The notes beneath the pieces are model-generated. The model was given only the letters and a program-made list of their open reading frames with translations, had not been told where the DNA came from and ran no database searches. From NCBI GenBank assembly GCA_049969195.1, contig JBMFPI010000002.1:1-32308 (forward strand): a stretch of 32,308 nucleotides of DNA, given 5' to 3'. Origin of the DNA: Armatimonadota bacterium (GTDB lineage Bacteria > Armatimonadota > UBA5829). Made by a program: the position numbers and the translations under genes. Shown piece by piece: positions 1-7,953 of this stretch. How positions within the stretch are numbered: position 1 is the first letter of the stretch; the number at the start of each line of letters is the position of its first letter.

Positions 1-1121
1 GAGCTTGAGGTCGTAGTTCGGCCTCCGGGGTAGAGGGTCAGGCTGACCCCGCTGAGCGCCGAACCGAATGCCGACTCCGTGATCCTGCCGCTTATCGCAC
101 CCAGGCTCATCGTCGGCTTGGCCAGGTTCCAGACGTCGTAGTACTGCTGGTGGGCGTTGGTGGGTCTGCCGTAACCATCGGTGCCGCTGCCCTGGTAGAC
201 CCAGTCCCAGTTCTGCCAGTTATTGTCACGGAACTGGAACGGTGTCACAGCCAGAACCTCGGGCCATTTGCTCCAGTAGTCGCGAAAGGCGCGCATAATA
301 TAGTCTGCGCGGTTGTTCTCGTCGATCATCGGATAACCGGCGTTGCTGGCGTCACCGAGCATATAGCCCGTCTCGGTTATCATCACCTGCACGCCCGTGC
401 GGCCGTGCGCGTTCACTATGGCCAGGTCGTCCAGGTAAGAATCGATGCAGATGTGGCCGGGCGCATAGCCGTTGTGGATGTTGACTTCTGGCGGATAGTT
501 CATGGCATAGCAATGGCACGCGAGCACATCCCAGGTCCACAGCGACTCCGGCACCAGATTGAACATCTGGTCCAGGAACTGGGTTCCGCCTGCAAGCCCC
601 GCCGTGGTGACCTTTATTCGGCCGTCCCCGATGGAGTCGATGGCATTATGAACGTCCACCAGGCATTTTCCATATTCCTCGGGATCGGGGTCGTTGCTCC
701 ATTCGATAGGTGAGTTCACCTCATTGAGGACCTCGATGTAGAGGGTGCGGCCGTCCTGTCTGGGCAATCCCTGAACGACACGCTTTACCGCCTGGGCGAA
801 CGCGGTATACCGGCCGTCCGGGTCGGCAACGGGCTTGGTCCACACCCCGCCGGACATGGTCGTGCCTATCCTGACGATAACGTTCATCCCGTGGTTGTAG
901 GCCGATTGCACGGCGTTGGCCCACCCGGGGCTAGGACCGGTCGTGCTGTTGGTGATGCCGTAGAAGAAGAACTTACAGTACCCGCCGGGGCCTGTCAGCG
1001 AACTTGCCCAATCGTAGACTCCGCTTGGAAGGGAGAGTGTGTGGACCCCGTAGGGGTTGTTGACGGCGAGCGCTGGGACTGCCAGCCACAAACACAGCGC
1101 GACGGGCCAGTATCGGGGCAT
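1..1121 (-). CDS. Secreted clan GH-A (TIM-barrel) glycoside-hydrolase-like protein, distal end cut by the window edge
   Basis: Minus-strand frame open to position 1, so it has no stop and is missing from the ORF track. ATG at 1121-1119 has GGAGG about 8 nt upstream. Translation begins MPRYWPVALCLWLAVPALA (signal peptide). It contains YIEVLNEVN and VMITETGY, the NE acid/base and TE nucleophile pattern of retaining GH-A enzymes. The distal GRITESAFGSALSGVSLTLYPGG resembles a carboxypeptidase-regulatory-like beta-sandwich. Confidence 0.75.
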   Translation of the reverse strand, partial: MPRYWPVALCLWLAVPALAVNNPYGVHTLSLPSGVYDWASSLTGPGGYCKFFFYGITNSTTGPSPGWANAVQSAYNHGMNVIVRIGTTMSGGVWTKPVADPDGRYTAFAQAVKRVVQGLPRQDGRTLYIEVLNEVNSPIEWSNDPDPEEYGKCLVDVHNAIDSIGDGRIKVTTAGLAGGTQFLDQMFNLVPESLWTWDVLACHCYAMNYPPEVNIHNGYAPGHICIDSYLDDLAIVNAHGRTGVQVMITETGYMLGDASNAGYPMIDENNRADYIMRAFRDYWSKWPEVLAVTPFQFRDNNWQNWDWVYQGSGTDGYGRPTNAHQQYYDVWNLAKPTMSLGAISGRITESAFGSALSGVSLTLYPGGRTTTSS

Positions 1122-1168
1122 TGTCTTCGCCTCCTCGCCGAGCACAGCGATTCGCTCGCGTTATCCCC

Positions 1169-1197
1169 ATCATAGCCGCAAAGCGCGGGATCGTCAA
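1169..1197 (-). promoter_or_regulatory. Sigma70-like promoter for the glycosidase-like gene
   Basis: Minus strand reads TTGACG (1197-1192), a 17-nt spacer, then TATGAT (1174-1169), about 48 nt upstream of the ATG at 1121. Confidence 0.5.
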
Positions 1198-1220
1198 CCC
1201 GGTAGAATTACCGTGGGCTG

Positions 1221-1303
1221 GCTGCGATAGAACGCAAACCGGGTGTTTGCGGCGACTTTAAGCCCCTCAACGAGGCGGAGGAAGCCGGGAAAGCGCCTCT
1301 CCC
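1221..1303 (+). repeat. Family A intergenic palindromic element (degenerate copy)
   Basis: GCTGCGATAGAACGCAAACCGGGTGTTTGCGGCGAC...CTCAACGAGGCGGAGGAAGCCGGGAAAGCGCC aligns with the copies at 4635, 17389, 21853 and 28685. The hairpin arms carry mismatches. Confidence 0.6.
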
Positions 1304-1413
1304 AAGAGCATTCACTACCGGAGCCGTCAGGCGAAAGACAGAGTCTCCCCCGGTTCGCCCAATCGGCGCCCACCGGGCACGGAAGCCGGACTACGTAGAG
1401 TGCTTGAAGGGGC

Positions 1414-2886
1414 CTACAATATATACCTGCTCAAATCCTCGTCTTTGACGATATCTCCCAATCGCTCGCGGACAAATGCGACGTCCACGACGACCTTCTT
1501 GTCCTCAACGTCCGGAGCGGCGAATGACACGTCTTCGAGCAGGCGCTCCATGACAGTGTGCAGCCGACGAGCCCCGATGTTCTCCATCGAGGCGTTCACC
1601 TGAGCCGCCACGGAGGCTATCTCGGCGATTCCGTCATCTGTGAACTCCAGCTCCACCCCCTCGCAGGCCAGGAGCGCTTTGTACTGCTTCACCAGCGCGT
1701 TCTGCGGCTCGGTCAGGATTCGTACGAAGTCCGCTTCTGTCAGGCTGTCGAGCTCGACCCGGATCGGCAGCCTACCCTGTAGCTCGGGAATCAGATCCGA
1801 CGGCTTGGAGACGTGAAAAGCCCCCGCGGCGATGAAAAGAATGTGCTGGGTCGACACAGGGCCGTACTTGGTCATTACAGTCGAACCCTCGATGATCGGC
1901 AATATATCGCGCTGCACGCCCTCGCGCGAGACCTGCGGCCCTCCGTCGCGCTCGCGCCCGGCGATCTTGTCCATCTCGTCGACGAATATGATCCCATCCT
2001 GCTCGGCGCGCTCGATTGCCTCGCGGGTCAGGGCGTCCTGGTCGATCATTGCTCGGGCTTCTTCATCCGCCAGGATCGCTTTTGCTTCCTTCACGGTCAC
2101 CCGCTTGCGCTTTCGGCGCTTGGGGAACAAGTTGCCGAGCATACCCGACACATCCATCCCCATCTCCTCCAGCCCTTGCTGGCCGAAGACCTGGAAATGA
2201 GGCATAGAGGTGTCTTCGACCTCTATTGTGATCTCTCTATCGTCAAGTTCGCCGGCCACGAGCTGCCGACGGATGCGCTCGCGGATGCGTTCCTTGCGTT
2301 CTATCTGGTCGCGGGTCACCTCGTCGGTCGGCTCGACCTCCTCATCGATCACGTCCTCCGGAGGCGGGGGCGGGTTGCCCGTGCCCGGGAACAGCGCGCC
2401 CATCATCGATTGTATCGACTCCGCCCACTGCTTCGGCACCACGCTCTGCGCGATTCGTCGGGCAGGCGGCTCCATGATGTCCAGTATGCGCTCGATGGCG
2501 CGCTCTTCGGCAATCGGCCTGACCTCCTCGATTTTCTCGGACTCGACCATCGCCACCGCTCGCTGCACCAGATCACGAACCATCGAATCGACATCCCGCC
2601 CGACGTAGCCTACCTCGGTGAACTTGGTCGCCTCCACCTTGACGAACGGTGCGTTTGCAAGGTTGGCGAGCCGACGCGCGATTTCCGTCTTGCCGACGCC
2701 CGTCGGGCCGATCATAAGGATGTTCTTGGGGATGACTTCCTCCCGCAAGTCCTCTGAGAGCTGTCGGCGGCGGTAGCGATTGCGCAGCGCCACCGCGACA
2801 GCTCTCTTGGCCTTGTCCTGCCCCACTATGTACTTGTCCAGCTCCGCCACGATCTGTTTGGGAGTAAGTTCCTGCTTGTCTTTCAA
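1414..2886 (-). CDS. hslU: ATP-dependent protease ATPase subunit HslU
   Basis: 490 aa. N-terminus [34 protein letters not shown], Walker A GPTGVGKT, Walker [11 protein letters not shown], and C-terminal DLSRYIL typical of HslU. TTG start at 2886 with AGAGGT upstream. Lies directly downstream of hslV. Confidence 0.97.
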   Translation of the reverse strand: MKDKQELTPKQIVAELDKYIVGQDKAKRAVAVALRNRYRRRQLSEDLREEVIPKNILMIGPTGVGKTEIARRLANLANAPFVKVEATKFTEVGYVGRDVDSMVRDLVQRAVAMVESEKIEEVRPIAEERAIERILDIMEPPARRIAQSVVPKQWAESIQSMMGALFPGTGNPPPPPEDVIDEEVEPTDEVTRDQIERKERIRERIRRQLVAGELDDREITIEVEDTSMPHFQVFGQQGLEEMGMDVSGMLGNLFPKRRKRKRVTVKEAKAILADEEARAMIDQDALTREAIERAEQDGIIFVDEMDKIAGRERDGGPQVSREGVQRDILPIIEGSTVMTKYGPVSTQHILFIAAGAFHVSKPSDLIPELQGRLPIRVELDSLTEADFVRILTEPQNALVKQYKALLACEGVELEFTDDGIAEIASVAAQVNASMENIGARRLHTVMERLLEDVSFAAPDVEDKKVVVDVAFVRERLGDIVKDEDLSRYIL

Positions 2887-2955
2887 CTTTCTACCTCTTC
2901 CTCGGGGCCGAAAGTCCGGACGGGCCCGTTTTTACAGCTGGTTTTCGGCTTTGGA

Positions 2956-3504
2956 TTAGAGCTCGTCTACCGTGATCTCGTGATTGGTGTAGACGCATAT
3001 GTCGGCCGCTATGTGCATCGCCTGCTCGACAATCTCCCTGGGCGTAAGGTCGGTGTTGCGGACGAGCGCCTTCGCCGCTGCTGCGGCAAATCCACCACCC
3101 GACCCGATCGCCGCCACGCCTTCGTCCGGCTCAATCACCTCACCGCTTCCCGAGATCACCAGAAGGTATTCCCGGTCCGCGACGATCATCATCGCCTCCA
3201 GTCGTCGCAATATCCGGTCGGTTCGCCAGTCTTTAGCGAACTCGATTACGGCGCGCCTGAGGTTACCGTGCGCCTCCTTGAGCTTGGCCTCGAACTTGTC
3301 CGCCAGCGCCTGCGCGTCCGCAACGGATCCCGCAAAGCCCATCAGGACCCTGTCCTCGTACAATCTACGGACCTTGCGGGCTTTGTGTTTCATTATGGTA
3401 TTCTCGAGCGTGACCTGTCCGTCGCCCGCAATCGCGACCTTGCCGTTCTTCTTGACCGCCACTACGGTAGTACCGTGCATTTCCGCCATTGTCGTTTTTC
3501 CCAT
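2956..3504 (-). CDS. hslV: ATP-dependent protease proteolytic subunit HslV
   Basis: TTVVAVKKNGKVAIAGDGQVTLENTIMKHKARKVRRLY is the HslV N-terminal Thr-protease signature. Start is uncertain: the track ORF begins at a TTG (3570) with no SD. In-frame ATGs lie at 3504, 3489 and 3480, all leaving a short propeptide before the TT. Confidence 0.92.
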   Translation of the reverse strand: MGKTTMAEMHGTTVVAVKKNGKVAIAGDGQVTLENTIMKHKARKVRRLYEDRVLMGFAGSVADAQALADKFEAKLKEAHGNLRRAVIEFAKDWRTDRILRRLEAMMIVADREYLLVISGSGEVIEPDEGVAAIGSGGGFAAAAAKALVRNTDLTPREIVEQAMHIAADICVYTNHEITVDEL

Positions 3505-3581
3505 CGCGAAACCTAATCGCACAAGTGAAACCTTGCTCCTGCCTGTTCTCCGCTTTCGAGCTGTCCCCAAAAAAAGGAGTT

Positions 3582-4502
3582 CTACCTTTCCATTCTTTCG
3601 GCACCAGATACGGCCCGCGGATGCGCAAGATCGTAAACCGCTTTCAGTCTTTCACTTGAAACATGCGTATAAACCTGGGTCGTGACCACGCTTTCGTGCC
3701 CCAAAAGCTCCTGAACGGTTCTGAGGTCCGCGCCGTGGTCCATCAGATGCGTCGCGAAGCTATGACGAAGCGTATGCGGGCTGATTCTGAGCGATTGGCT
3801 GACCGATTCCACGTGCCTGGTTATAATCCTGCGAACCGATGAAGCAACTAGAGGCGTTCCCCGATAGCCCAGGAAGAGCCTTTGCGTGATTGCTGACGGT
3901 TGTCGGGCTTTCGCAACAAGCTGCGGTCGTCCGTGTTTCAGGTAGACATCCAAGGCGAACCGGGCTTTCGATCCGACCAGGACGATTCGCTCTTTGTTGC
4001 GCTTACCGATCACCCTGATTTCGTCAACGCCGTTTGCGACGTCGTCGACGGTCAGGCTCAATAGCTCGCTCACCCGCAGACCGGTTGCGTAGAGGGTTTC
4101 CAGGATCGCCCGGTCTCGAAGGCCAATCGGCGTATTCGGGTCCGGCGCGGCCATGAGCGCCTCGATCTGGTCCTCCTGCAAAACTCTTGGCAAGCCGCGC
4201 GGCACACGGGGCCCGCGGATTCCTTCCGTCGGATCTGCCTCCAGGACGCCGCGCCTCACCAGATATCTATAGAACGCTCGAATCGCCGCGAGTTTGCGCA
4301 CCATTGAGCTCCTGGCCAATCCGCTCTTGTGAAGCCGGGCAAGATACCTGCGCACCACTGCCTGATCCACCTGGGTCCCCGACTCGCGCGCGAACTCAAT
4401 GAACGCGAGCACGTCCGAGGAATACGCCCGCAAGGTGTTCTCGCTGGCGCCCCGCACCAGACGCAGGTGCTCTATGAAAGCGTCGAGATGTTCTTCCATC
4501 AC
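3582..4502 (-). CDS. xerC: Tyrosine site-specific recombinase XerC/XerD (CodV-like)
   Basis: N-terminal SAM-like core-binding domain (LRLVRGASENTLRAYSSDV). C-terminal catalytic motifs include HTLRHSFATHL and LLGHESVVTTQVYTH. The arrangement upstream of hslV-hslU matches the known codV-clpQ-clpY layout. Confidence 0.93.
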   Translation of the reverse strand: MMEEHLDAFIEHLRLVRGASENTLRAYSSDVLAFIEFARESGTQVDQAVVRRYLARLHKSGLARSSMVRKLAAIRAFYRYLVRRGVLEADPTEGIRGPRVPRGLPRVLQEDQIEALMAAPDPNTPIGLRDRAILETLYATGLRVSELLSLTVDDVANGVDEIRVIGKRNKERIVLVGSKARFALDVYLKHGRPQLVAKARQPSAITQRLFLGYRGTPLVASSVRRIITRHVESVSQSLRISPHTLRHSFATHLMDHGADLRTVQELLGHESVVTTQVYTHVSSERLKAVYDLAHPRAVSGAERMER

Positions 4503-4508
4503 TGAGGG

Positions 4509-4537
4509 ATTCTAGCACGTTGCCTTCTCGGGGTCAA
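4509..4537 (-). promoter_or_regulatory. Sigma70-like promoter placing the transcription start at or next to the xerC start codon (leaderless)
   Basis: Minus strand reads TTGACC (4537-4532), a 17-nt spacer, then TAGAAT (4514-4509). Only 6 nt separate the -10 from GTG (4502) and 9 nt from ATG (4499). There is no SD. Confidence 0.5.
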
Positions 4538-4634
4538 AGCCACCCTGCGCTCAGGCCGTAGCGACGAGCGCGTCTCTTGGCAACAACCCCGCCCCATCCC
4601 GAAGCACAATTCCCTCATCTCCCTTTTGCGGAAG

Positions 4635-4729
4635 GCTATTGCGACACGACGCAAATCCAGCGTTCTCGGCGATTCGACCCTCCTCAGCCAAGCGGGAGGA
4701 TCGCCGAAAACGCGCTTATCATAACAAGC
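4635..4729 (+). repeat. Family A intergenic palindromic element
   Basis: Inner inverted arms are GCGTTCTCGGCGATTC (4660-4675) and GGATCGCCGAAAACGC (4698-4713), extended by CCTCC/GGAGG. Outer arms are ATTGCGACA / TTATCATAACAAGC. Loop CTCAGCCAAGCGGGAGG is conserved among copies. Confidence 0.75.
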
Positions 4730-4759
4730 TCACGGGAGGGGGCCGACGCTCGGCTTCGT

Positions 4760-4786
4760 ATGCCGCGGCAATTGAACCCGGTGCAC
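4760..4786 (+). repeat. Family D short repeat (ATGCYGCGG.AAC...CCGGTGCAC)
   Basis: ATGCCGCGGCAATTGAACCCGGTGCAC matches ATGCTGCGGGAACGACCCGGTGCAC at 6745, with shorter matches at 10653 and 13218. Confidence 0.5.
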
Positions 4787-4814
4787 GCCCGCGGGGCACT
4801 CGAACCCCGCGGGC
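4787..4814. other. Perfect 10-bp GC-rich stem-loop in the divergent xerC/STAS intergenic region
   Basis: GCCCGCGGGG (4787-4796), loop CACTCGAA, then CCCCGCGGGC (4805-4814). No U-tract on either strand. Confidence 0.6.
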
Positions 4815-4869
4815 CACGCGGCATAGAAAACCGCACCATCCCTCAAGCTCCTCTGTGGAATACCTAATT

Positions 4870-5322
4870 ATGAGCGCGTACTCATCCGATGAGCATGCAG
4901 GTAAGAAACAAATGTCGGCTGGGACTGAAGACAGCTTTGAGATGCGGCTCAAGAATGCGGAGGGCATCCCGGTCCTGTGTTTGGGCGGAAAGGTTTCGGC
5001 GACCTCTCTTCGAGCAGTCAGGTTCACTCTGGAGAAGCTGGCGAGCGCCGGACATTACAACGTAGTGCTGAACCTGGAGAAGGCCCAAGCAGCCAACTGG
5101 AGTTTCTTGACAGGCCTCGCGGACGCAGTCCGCAAGTTCCGCGAGCATCACGGCGCAGTTGATATAGTCGCCACCCAGGAACGCATACAGAGCCTGCTGC
5201 GAGTCGAGCAGGTAGCGAAGCTGTTCAGACTCAGCCGGTCCGAAGGGCAGGCTATTTCACGGATCAAGAGACTGCCGAGAGATCCGGAATCCGTATCCGG
5301 GACGGACGCCCGCCTGCAATAA
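4870..5322 (+). CDS. STAS-domain protein (anti-sigma-factor-antagonist-like)
   Basis: IPVLCLGGKVSATSLRAVRFTLEKLASAGHYNVVLNLEKAQAANWSFLTGLADAVRKF follows the SpoIIAA/RsbV STAS pattern. The track ORF start at 4639 runs through a family A repeat and is rejected. The ATG at 4870 has no SD. The ATG at 4912 has AGGTAAG upstream and is an equally good start. Confidence 0.8.
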   Translation: MSAYSSDEHAGKKQMSAGTEDSFEMRLKNAEGIPVLCLGGKVSATSLRAVRFTLEKLASAGHYNVVLNLEKAQAANWSFLTGLADAVRKFREHHGAVDIVATQERIQSLLRVEQVAKLFRLSRSEGQAISRIKRLPRDPESVSGTDARLQ

Positions 5323-5344
5323 GCTGGGCGAGATTGGAGAAGCC

Positions 5345-5554
5345 ATGACCAACCAGTCCAGAAGTCCACTCAAGGTAATCAAGATCATAGATCCGCTTCT
5401 GTGCGTCCGGTGCGACAACGCATACATCGCCGATGTACTGCTCCCCGACGGCGTCCGGAAGAAAATGTTCTACTGCTCCCGCCTGGACTGCGACAACTGG
5501 GTGTCGGGCCAGGTGCCCAACTCGGACCAGGAGGACCTGGATCTGGCAGCGTAG
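5345..5554 (+). CDS. Small Cys4 (CxxC...CxxxxC) protein with acidic tail, function unknown
   Basis: 69 aa, with GGAGAAG 4 nt upstream of the ATG and starting 23 nt after the STAS stop. Third-position G/C-rich codon usage matches neighbouring genes. Cys at positions 20, 23, 44 and 49. C-terminal SDQEDLDLAA. Confidence 0.6.
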   Translation: MTNQSRSPLKVIKIIDPLLCVRCDNAYIADVLLPDGVRKKMFYCSRLDCDNWVSGQVPNSDQEDLDLAA

Positions 5555-5652
5555 ACGCAACTTCACGTCGAAAATCTTCAACTGTCCCCCCGGACCCCAT
5601 CACTGCGCCCGGTCCCAAGAAGGACATTCGTCATATGCCGGCGTAGGCCGAT

Positions 5653-6621
5653 ATGGCGCCTGTTCACGGGTCGCCGCAAACCGCTAACGGACAACAGCAA
5701 GTCATGTGGATAAAAGGAAACCTTCACACTCATACAAACCTGAGCGACGGCGACTCCGGTCCAACAGACGTCTGCCGCTACTACGCCGATCAGGGCTATC
5801 ACTTTTTATCAATCACCGACCACGGACGCTGTGTGGACCCAGCGGAGGTCCGGTGTGCTGGTCTGCTTCTGATCCCCGGCGTGGAGCTTCACAGCTCATC
5901 TCTGGACGAGCCGGCTGCGCCGCTTCACGTGAACGGCTTCGGGGTGACCTCGTTTGCGAACTTTGAGCGCGGCCCAACCGAGGCGACGCTGCAAAACCTG
6001 ATCGATGCGGTTGTCGGTTCAGGCGGAATCGCGCAGATCAACCATCCCAACTTTGGTTTTGCGTTCGATCATACCCACATGATGCAGACACGCGGCGCGC
6101 GCTTGCTTGAGGTTTACAACGGACATCCTGCGGTCTACAGCGAAGGAGACGATGAGCACATCGGCGTCGAAGGGATGTGGGACCACCTCCTGACGGCCGG
6201 TATGCTGATCTACGGCACCGCGGTTGATGATGCCCACCACTTTACCGGCGACTTTCAGCCGAACCGCGCCAATCCGTCCCGCGGGTGGGTGTGGACGAGA
6301 GTTAACAGCAGGACTCCGAACGCTTATGAGGTCCTGCGCGCTCTCGTTGTCGGCGACTTCTACGCCACGACCGGCGTCGAGCTCGAAGATGTGTTCGTGG
6401 ACGCCTGGACTCTGCATGTGCTTGCACGGCCGGACCACATAACGCAGTTTATCGGCGACGGTGGTGAGATCGTCTGCGAGTCCCACGCCTCCCACTCGAC
6501 CTTCAACCTTCGCGAAGCAGGCCGGCGCAGATACATCAGGGCCAAGGTGATCGGCCCGGACGGCTCGTGTGCGTGGTGCCAGCCCCGGCTAATCCCGGAG
6601 TTCTGGCGCGCCCGTGTATAA
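5653..6621 (+). CDS. PHP-domain (CehA/McbA-like) metal-dependent phosphoesterase, no signal peptide
   Basis: WIKGNLHTHTNLSDGD (HxH...SDG motif), FLSITDHG, IPGVELH, QINHPN and AVDDAHH are PHP metal-ligand motifs. Alternative start ATG at 5704 (MWIKGNLHTHT). Confidence 0.88.
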   Translation: MAPVHGSPQTANGQQQVMWIKGNLHTHTNLSDGDSGPTDVCRYYADQGYHFLSITDHGRCVDPAEVRCAGLLLIPGVELHSSSLDEPAAPLHVNGFGVTSFANFERGPTEATLQNLIDAVVGSGGIAQINHPNFGFAFDHTHMMQTRGARLLEVYNGHPAVYSEGDDEHIGVEGMWDHLLTAGMLIYGTAVDDAHHFTGDFQPNRANPSRGWVWTRVNSRTPNAYEVLRALVVGDFYATTGVELEDVFVDAWTLHVLARPDHITQFIGDGGEIVCESHASHSTFNLREAGRRRYIRAKVIGPDGSCAWCQPRLIPEFWRARV

Positions 6622-6744
6622 CGATTGTCAGCCGTCGGCCCGTGTCGAGTCGTAAGCCGTAGCGTGCACAAGCCGGGTTTTTGTTTGCTCGCCTTGCGCC
6701 CGGTACGAGGCTGTCCCCGAAGAACGCACACCCGCCGTTTTAGT

Positions 6745-6803
6745 ATGCTGCGGGAACGACCCGGTGCACCAGGGTTATATACTCCCGGGGCGGCCCGGTG
6801 CAC
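6745..6803 (+). repeat. Family D repeat with an internally duplicated CCCGGTGCACC unit
   Basis: ATGCTGCGGGAACGACCCGGTGCACC (6745-6770), then GGCCCGGTGCACC (6791-6803), followed by the palindrome GGTGCGCACC. Confidence 0.5.
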
Positions 6804-6846
6804 CAAGGCGCCAGGTGCGCACCGCCCTGATTTCCCGCAGGATAAA

Positions 6847-6888
6847 CCTCCCTCTCCCTCGACGGGAGAGGGCCGGGGTGAGGGTGAG
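6847..6888 (+). repeat. Family C hairpin repeat (CCCTCTCCC..GGGAGAGGG plus GGGGTGAGGGTGA tail)
   Basis: CCTCCCTCTCCCTCGACGGGAGAGGGCCGGGGTGAGGGTGAG has the same architecture as copies at 13131-13217 and 21583-21620. Confidence 0.75.
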
Positions 6889-6923
6889 ATGGGCTTCGGG
6901 AAGTCGGGTCCGTCCACCATAAA

Positions 6924-6941
6924 GGCCGCCCGCGCGCGGCC
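6924..6941 (-). terminator. Possible intrinsic terminator of the coaX-dus-unknown operon
   Basis: GGCCGC/GCGGCC 6-bp GC stem (6924-6929 / 6936-6941), followed on the minus strand by TTTATGG. It lies 54 nt past the stop at 6996. The U-tract is short, so support is weak. Confidence 0.3.
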
Positions 6942-6995
6942 GTTCTCGAAGCATAAAATCGTCGGAAAACTCGCCTATCTCAGCCACCCGGCTCC

Positions 6996-7913
6996 CTACT
7001 CGCTCAGATCCGTAACGGTCGGTTTCCAGTCAAGCCGCGCGAGAAGCTCATCGTAGTCGGCGCTGGTGACCTCCTCAGGCCTCTTGCCTAAAAGCGTTAT
7101 CAGAACGCCCTCGTATACGTTAGTTGCGTAGTAACGGCCGTCATACTGGGGCGTCGAGGTCACAAGCATTCGCACCTTTCGGTCGATCATCATCTGGCTG
7201 TCCTCGGGAGTCACCGTATTAGTGATTATGACCTTCCCCTCCAGAATGCCCGATTCCACCGACGGCATATGTCTCTTTATGATGTGGAAATCCCCCGCGA
7301 TTACGTCGGCCCAGTGGAAATAGCTTTGATACCTGGGCCGGGAGACCTCTTGCTCCTTGCCCGTCGGATACAGCCATTTGAACGGCAGGCGGCATATCAG
7401 AGGTAGAAACAGGTGAGCGAGCACACGCACGGTCGCGTAGGAGCGCATCGGTATCGGGATGCCCAGGTTAAACATCAGGTCCCCGTAGACGACTTGCCTC
7501 GCGAGCCCGGCGATCGTCTGAGCCATCCCGAACCTGTCTACGGCGCAGACCACGAGTACATTCTTGTCGGCAAAGTCGACGATGCCGTTTCGCTGAAGGA
7601 ACTCTATCGTGCGGCGTTCCAGCGTGTTCTTGACCCCGCTTCCGTCGACTACGGGCGTGACCTTCGCGATTCGCGCCAGTCGATCCGCGTCGCGCACCGT
7701 GTAACGGCGGTCGTCGACCCACAGATACCGATCGATTCCCCCCAGTCCGATTGCGTCGACTTTGCCGTCAAGCTCGGCGATCAGTTCCCCGAAGCGTTTC
7801 ATGTCGCCGTCGGTCCCGATTCGGGAGATCTCGAAGTCCTGATCAAGGATCCTGACACGCGACGTCTTGTCACGCTTCGAAGAACCCAGGCTGACGCTGA
7901 CCACGCGCTTCAC
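6996..7913 (-). CDS. Conserved protein of unverified function (family I recall being auto-annotated quinate 5-dehydrogenase / AroM-like)
   Basis: 305 aa. GTG start with GAGGTG upstream. N-terminus MKRVVSVSLGSSKRDKTSRV...IGTDGDMKRFGELIAELDGKVDAIGLGGIDRYL. Coding-like codon usage. Starts 40 nt downstream of dus. Confidence 0.85.
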   Translation of the reverse strand: MKRVVSVSLGSSKRDKTSRVRILDQDFEISRIGTDGDMKRFGELIAELDGKVDAIGLGGIDRYLWVDDRRYTVRDADRLARIAKVTPVVDGSGVKNTLERRTIEFLQRNGIVDFADKNVLVVCAVDRFGMAQTIAGLARQVVYGDLMFNLGIPIPMRSYATVRVLAHLFLPLICRLPFKWLYPTGKEQEVSRPRYQSYFHWADVIAGDFHIIKRHMPSVESGILEGKVIITNTVTPEDSQMMIDRKVRMLVTSTPQYDGRYYATNVYEGVLITLLGKRPEEVTSADYDELLARLDWKPTVTDLSE

Positions 7914-7953
7914 ACCATCACCTCGCGACCGGAACGCCTCTCAGCCCGCGCCG

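Noticed and set aside
150-713. 187-aa plus-strand ORF, with small ORFs at 352-540, 721-924, 891-1175 and 973-1197
   Set aside because: All overlap the minus-strand glycosidase-like frame, which has a signal peptide, an SD and catalytic motifs. Their translations are Arg/Val/Gly-rich and motif-free, typical of antisense ORFs in GC-rich DNA.
1813-2757. 314-aa ORF antisense to hslU. Similar long antisense ORFs lie at 7413-8069, 10893-11600, 11908-12540, 14447-15241, 14761-15318, 15848-16828, 17722-18339, 18611-19441, 20327-20983, 24237-24935, 25550-26179, 26128-27309 and 30812-31741
   Set aside because: Each lies opposite a gene with strong family motifs and lacks any recognisable motif, SD or sensible start. 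The translations are dominated by Arg, Leu, Gly, Asp and His. Long shadow ORFs are expected at this GC content.
3566-3600. AAAGG-TAGAACT-CCTTT weak hairpin plus a T7 run on the minus strand between xerC and hslV, considered as an internal terminator or attenuator
   Set aside because: The 5-bp AU-rich stem is too weak to call, and hslVU are expected to be co-expressed with xerC. It is noted only as a possible processing or pausing site.
3582-4502. Tyrosine recombinase as a marker of a prophage or integrative element
   Set aside because: The XerC/D-type sequence lies directly upstream of hslV-hslU, the conserved codV-clpQ-clpY arrangement. There are no flanking att-like direct repeats, tRNA, or phage or conjugation genes. 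It is a housekeeping chromosome-dimer resolvase.
6671-6687. GCCGGGTTTTTGTTTG T-run after the PHP gene, considered as an intrinsic terminator
   Set aside because: I could not find a convincing GC stem immediately upstream of the T-run. Only a CCGGG/CCCGG pairing with a ~23-nt loop spans it.
6360-7056. ORFs 6360-6920 (-), 6625-7056 (+) and 6775-6987 (-) in the convergent intergenic region
   Set aside because: They are translations of the family C and D repeats (PSPVEGEGG, MLRERPGAPG, and similar). The same peptide fragments recur wherever the repeats occur, so the similarity is at nucleotide level and not from coding.
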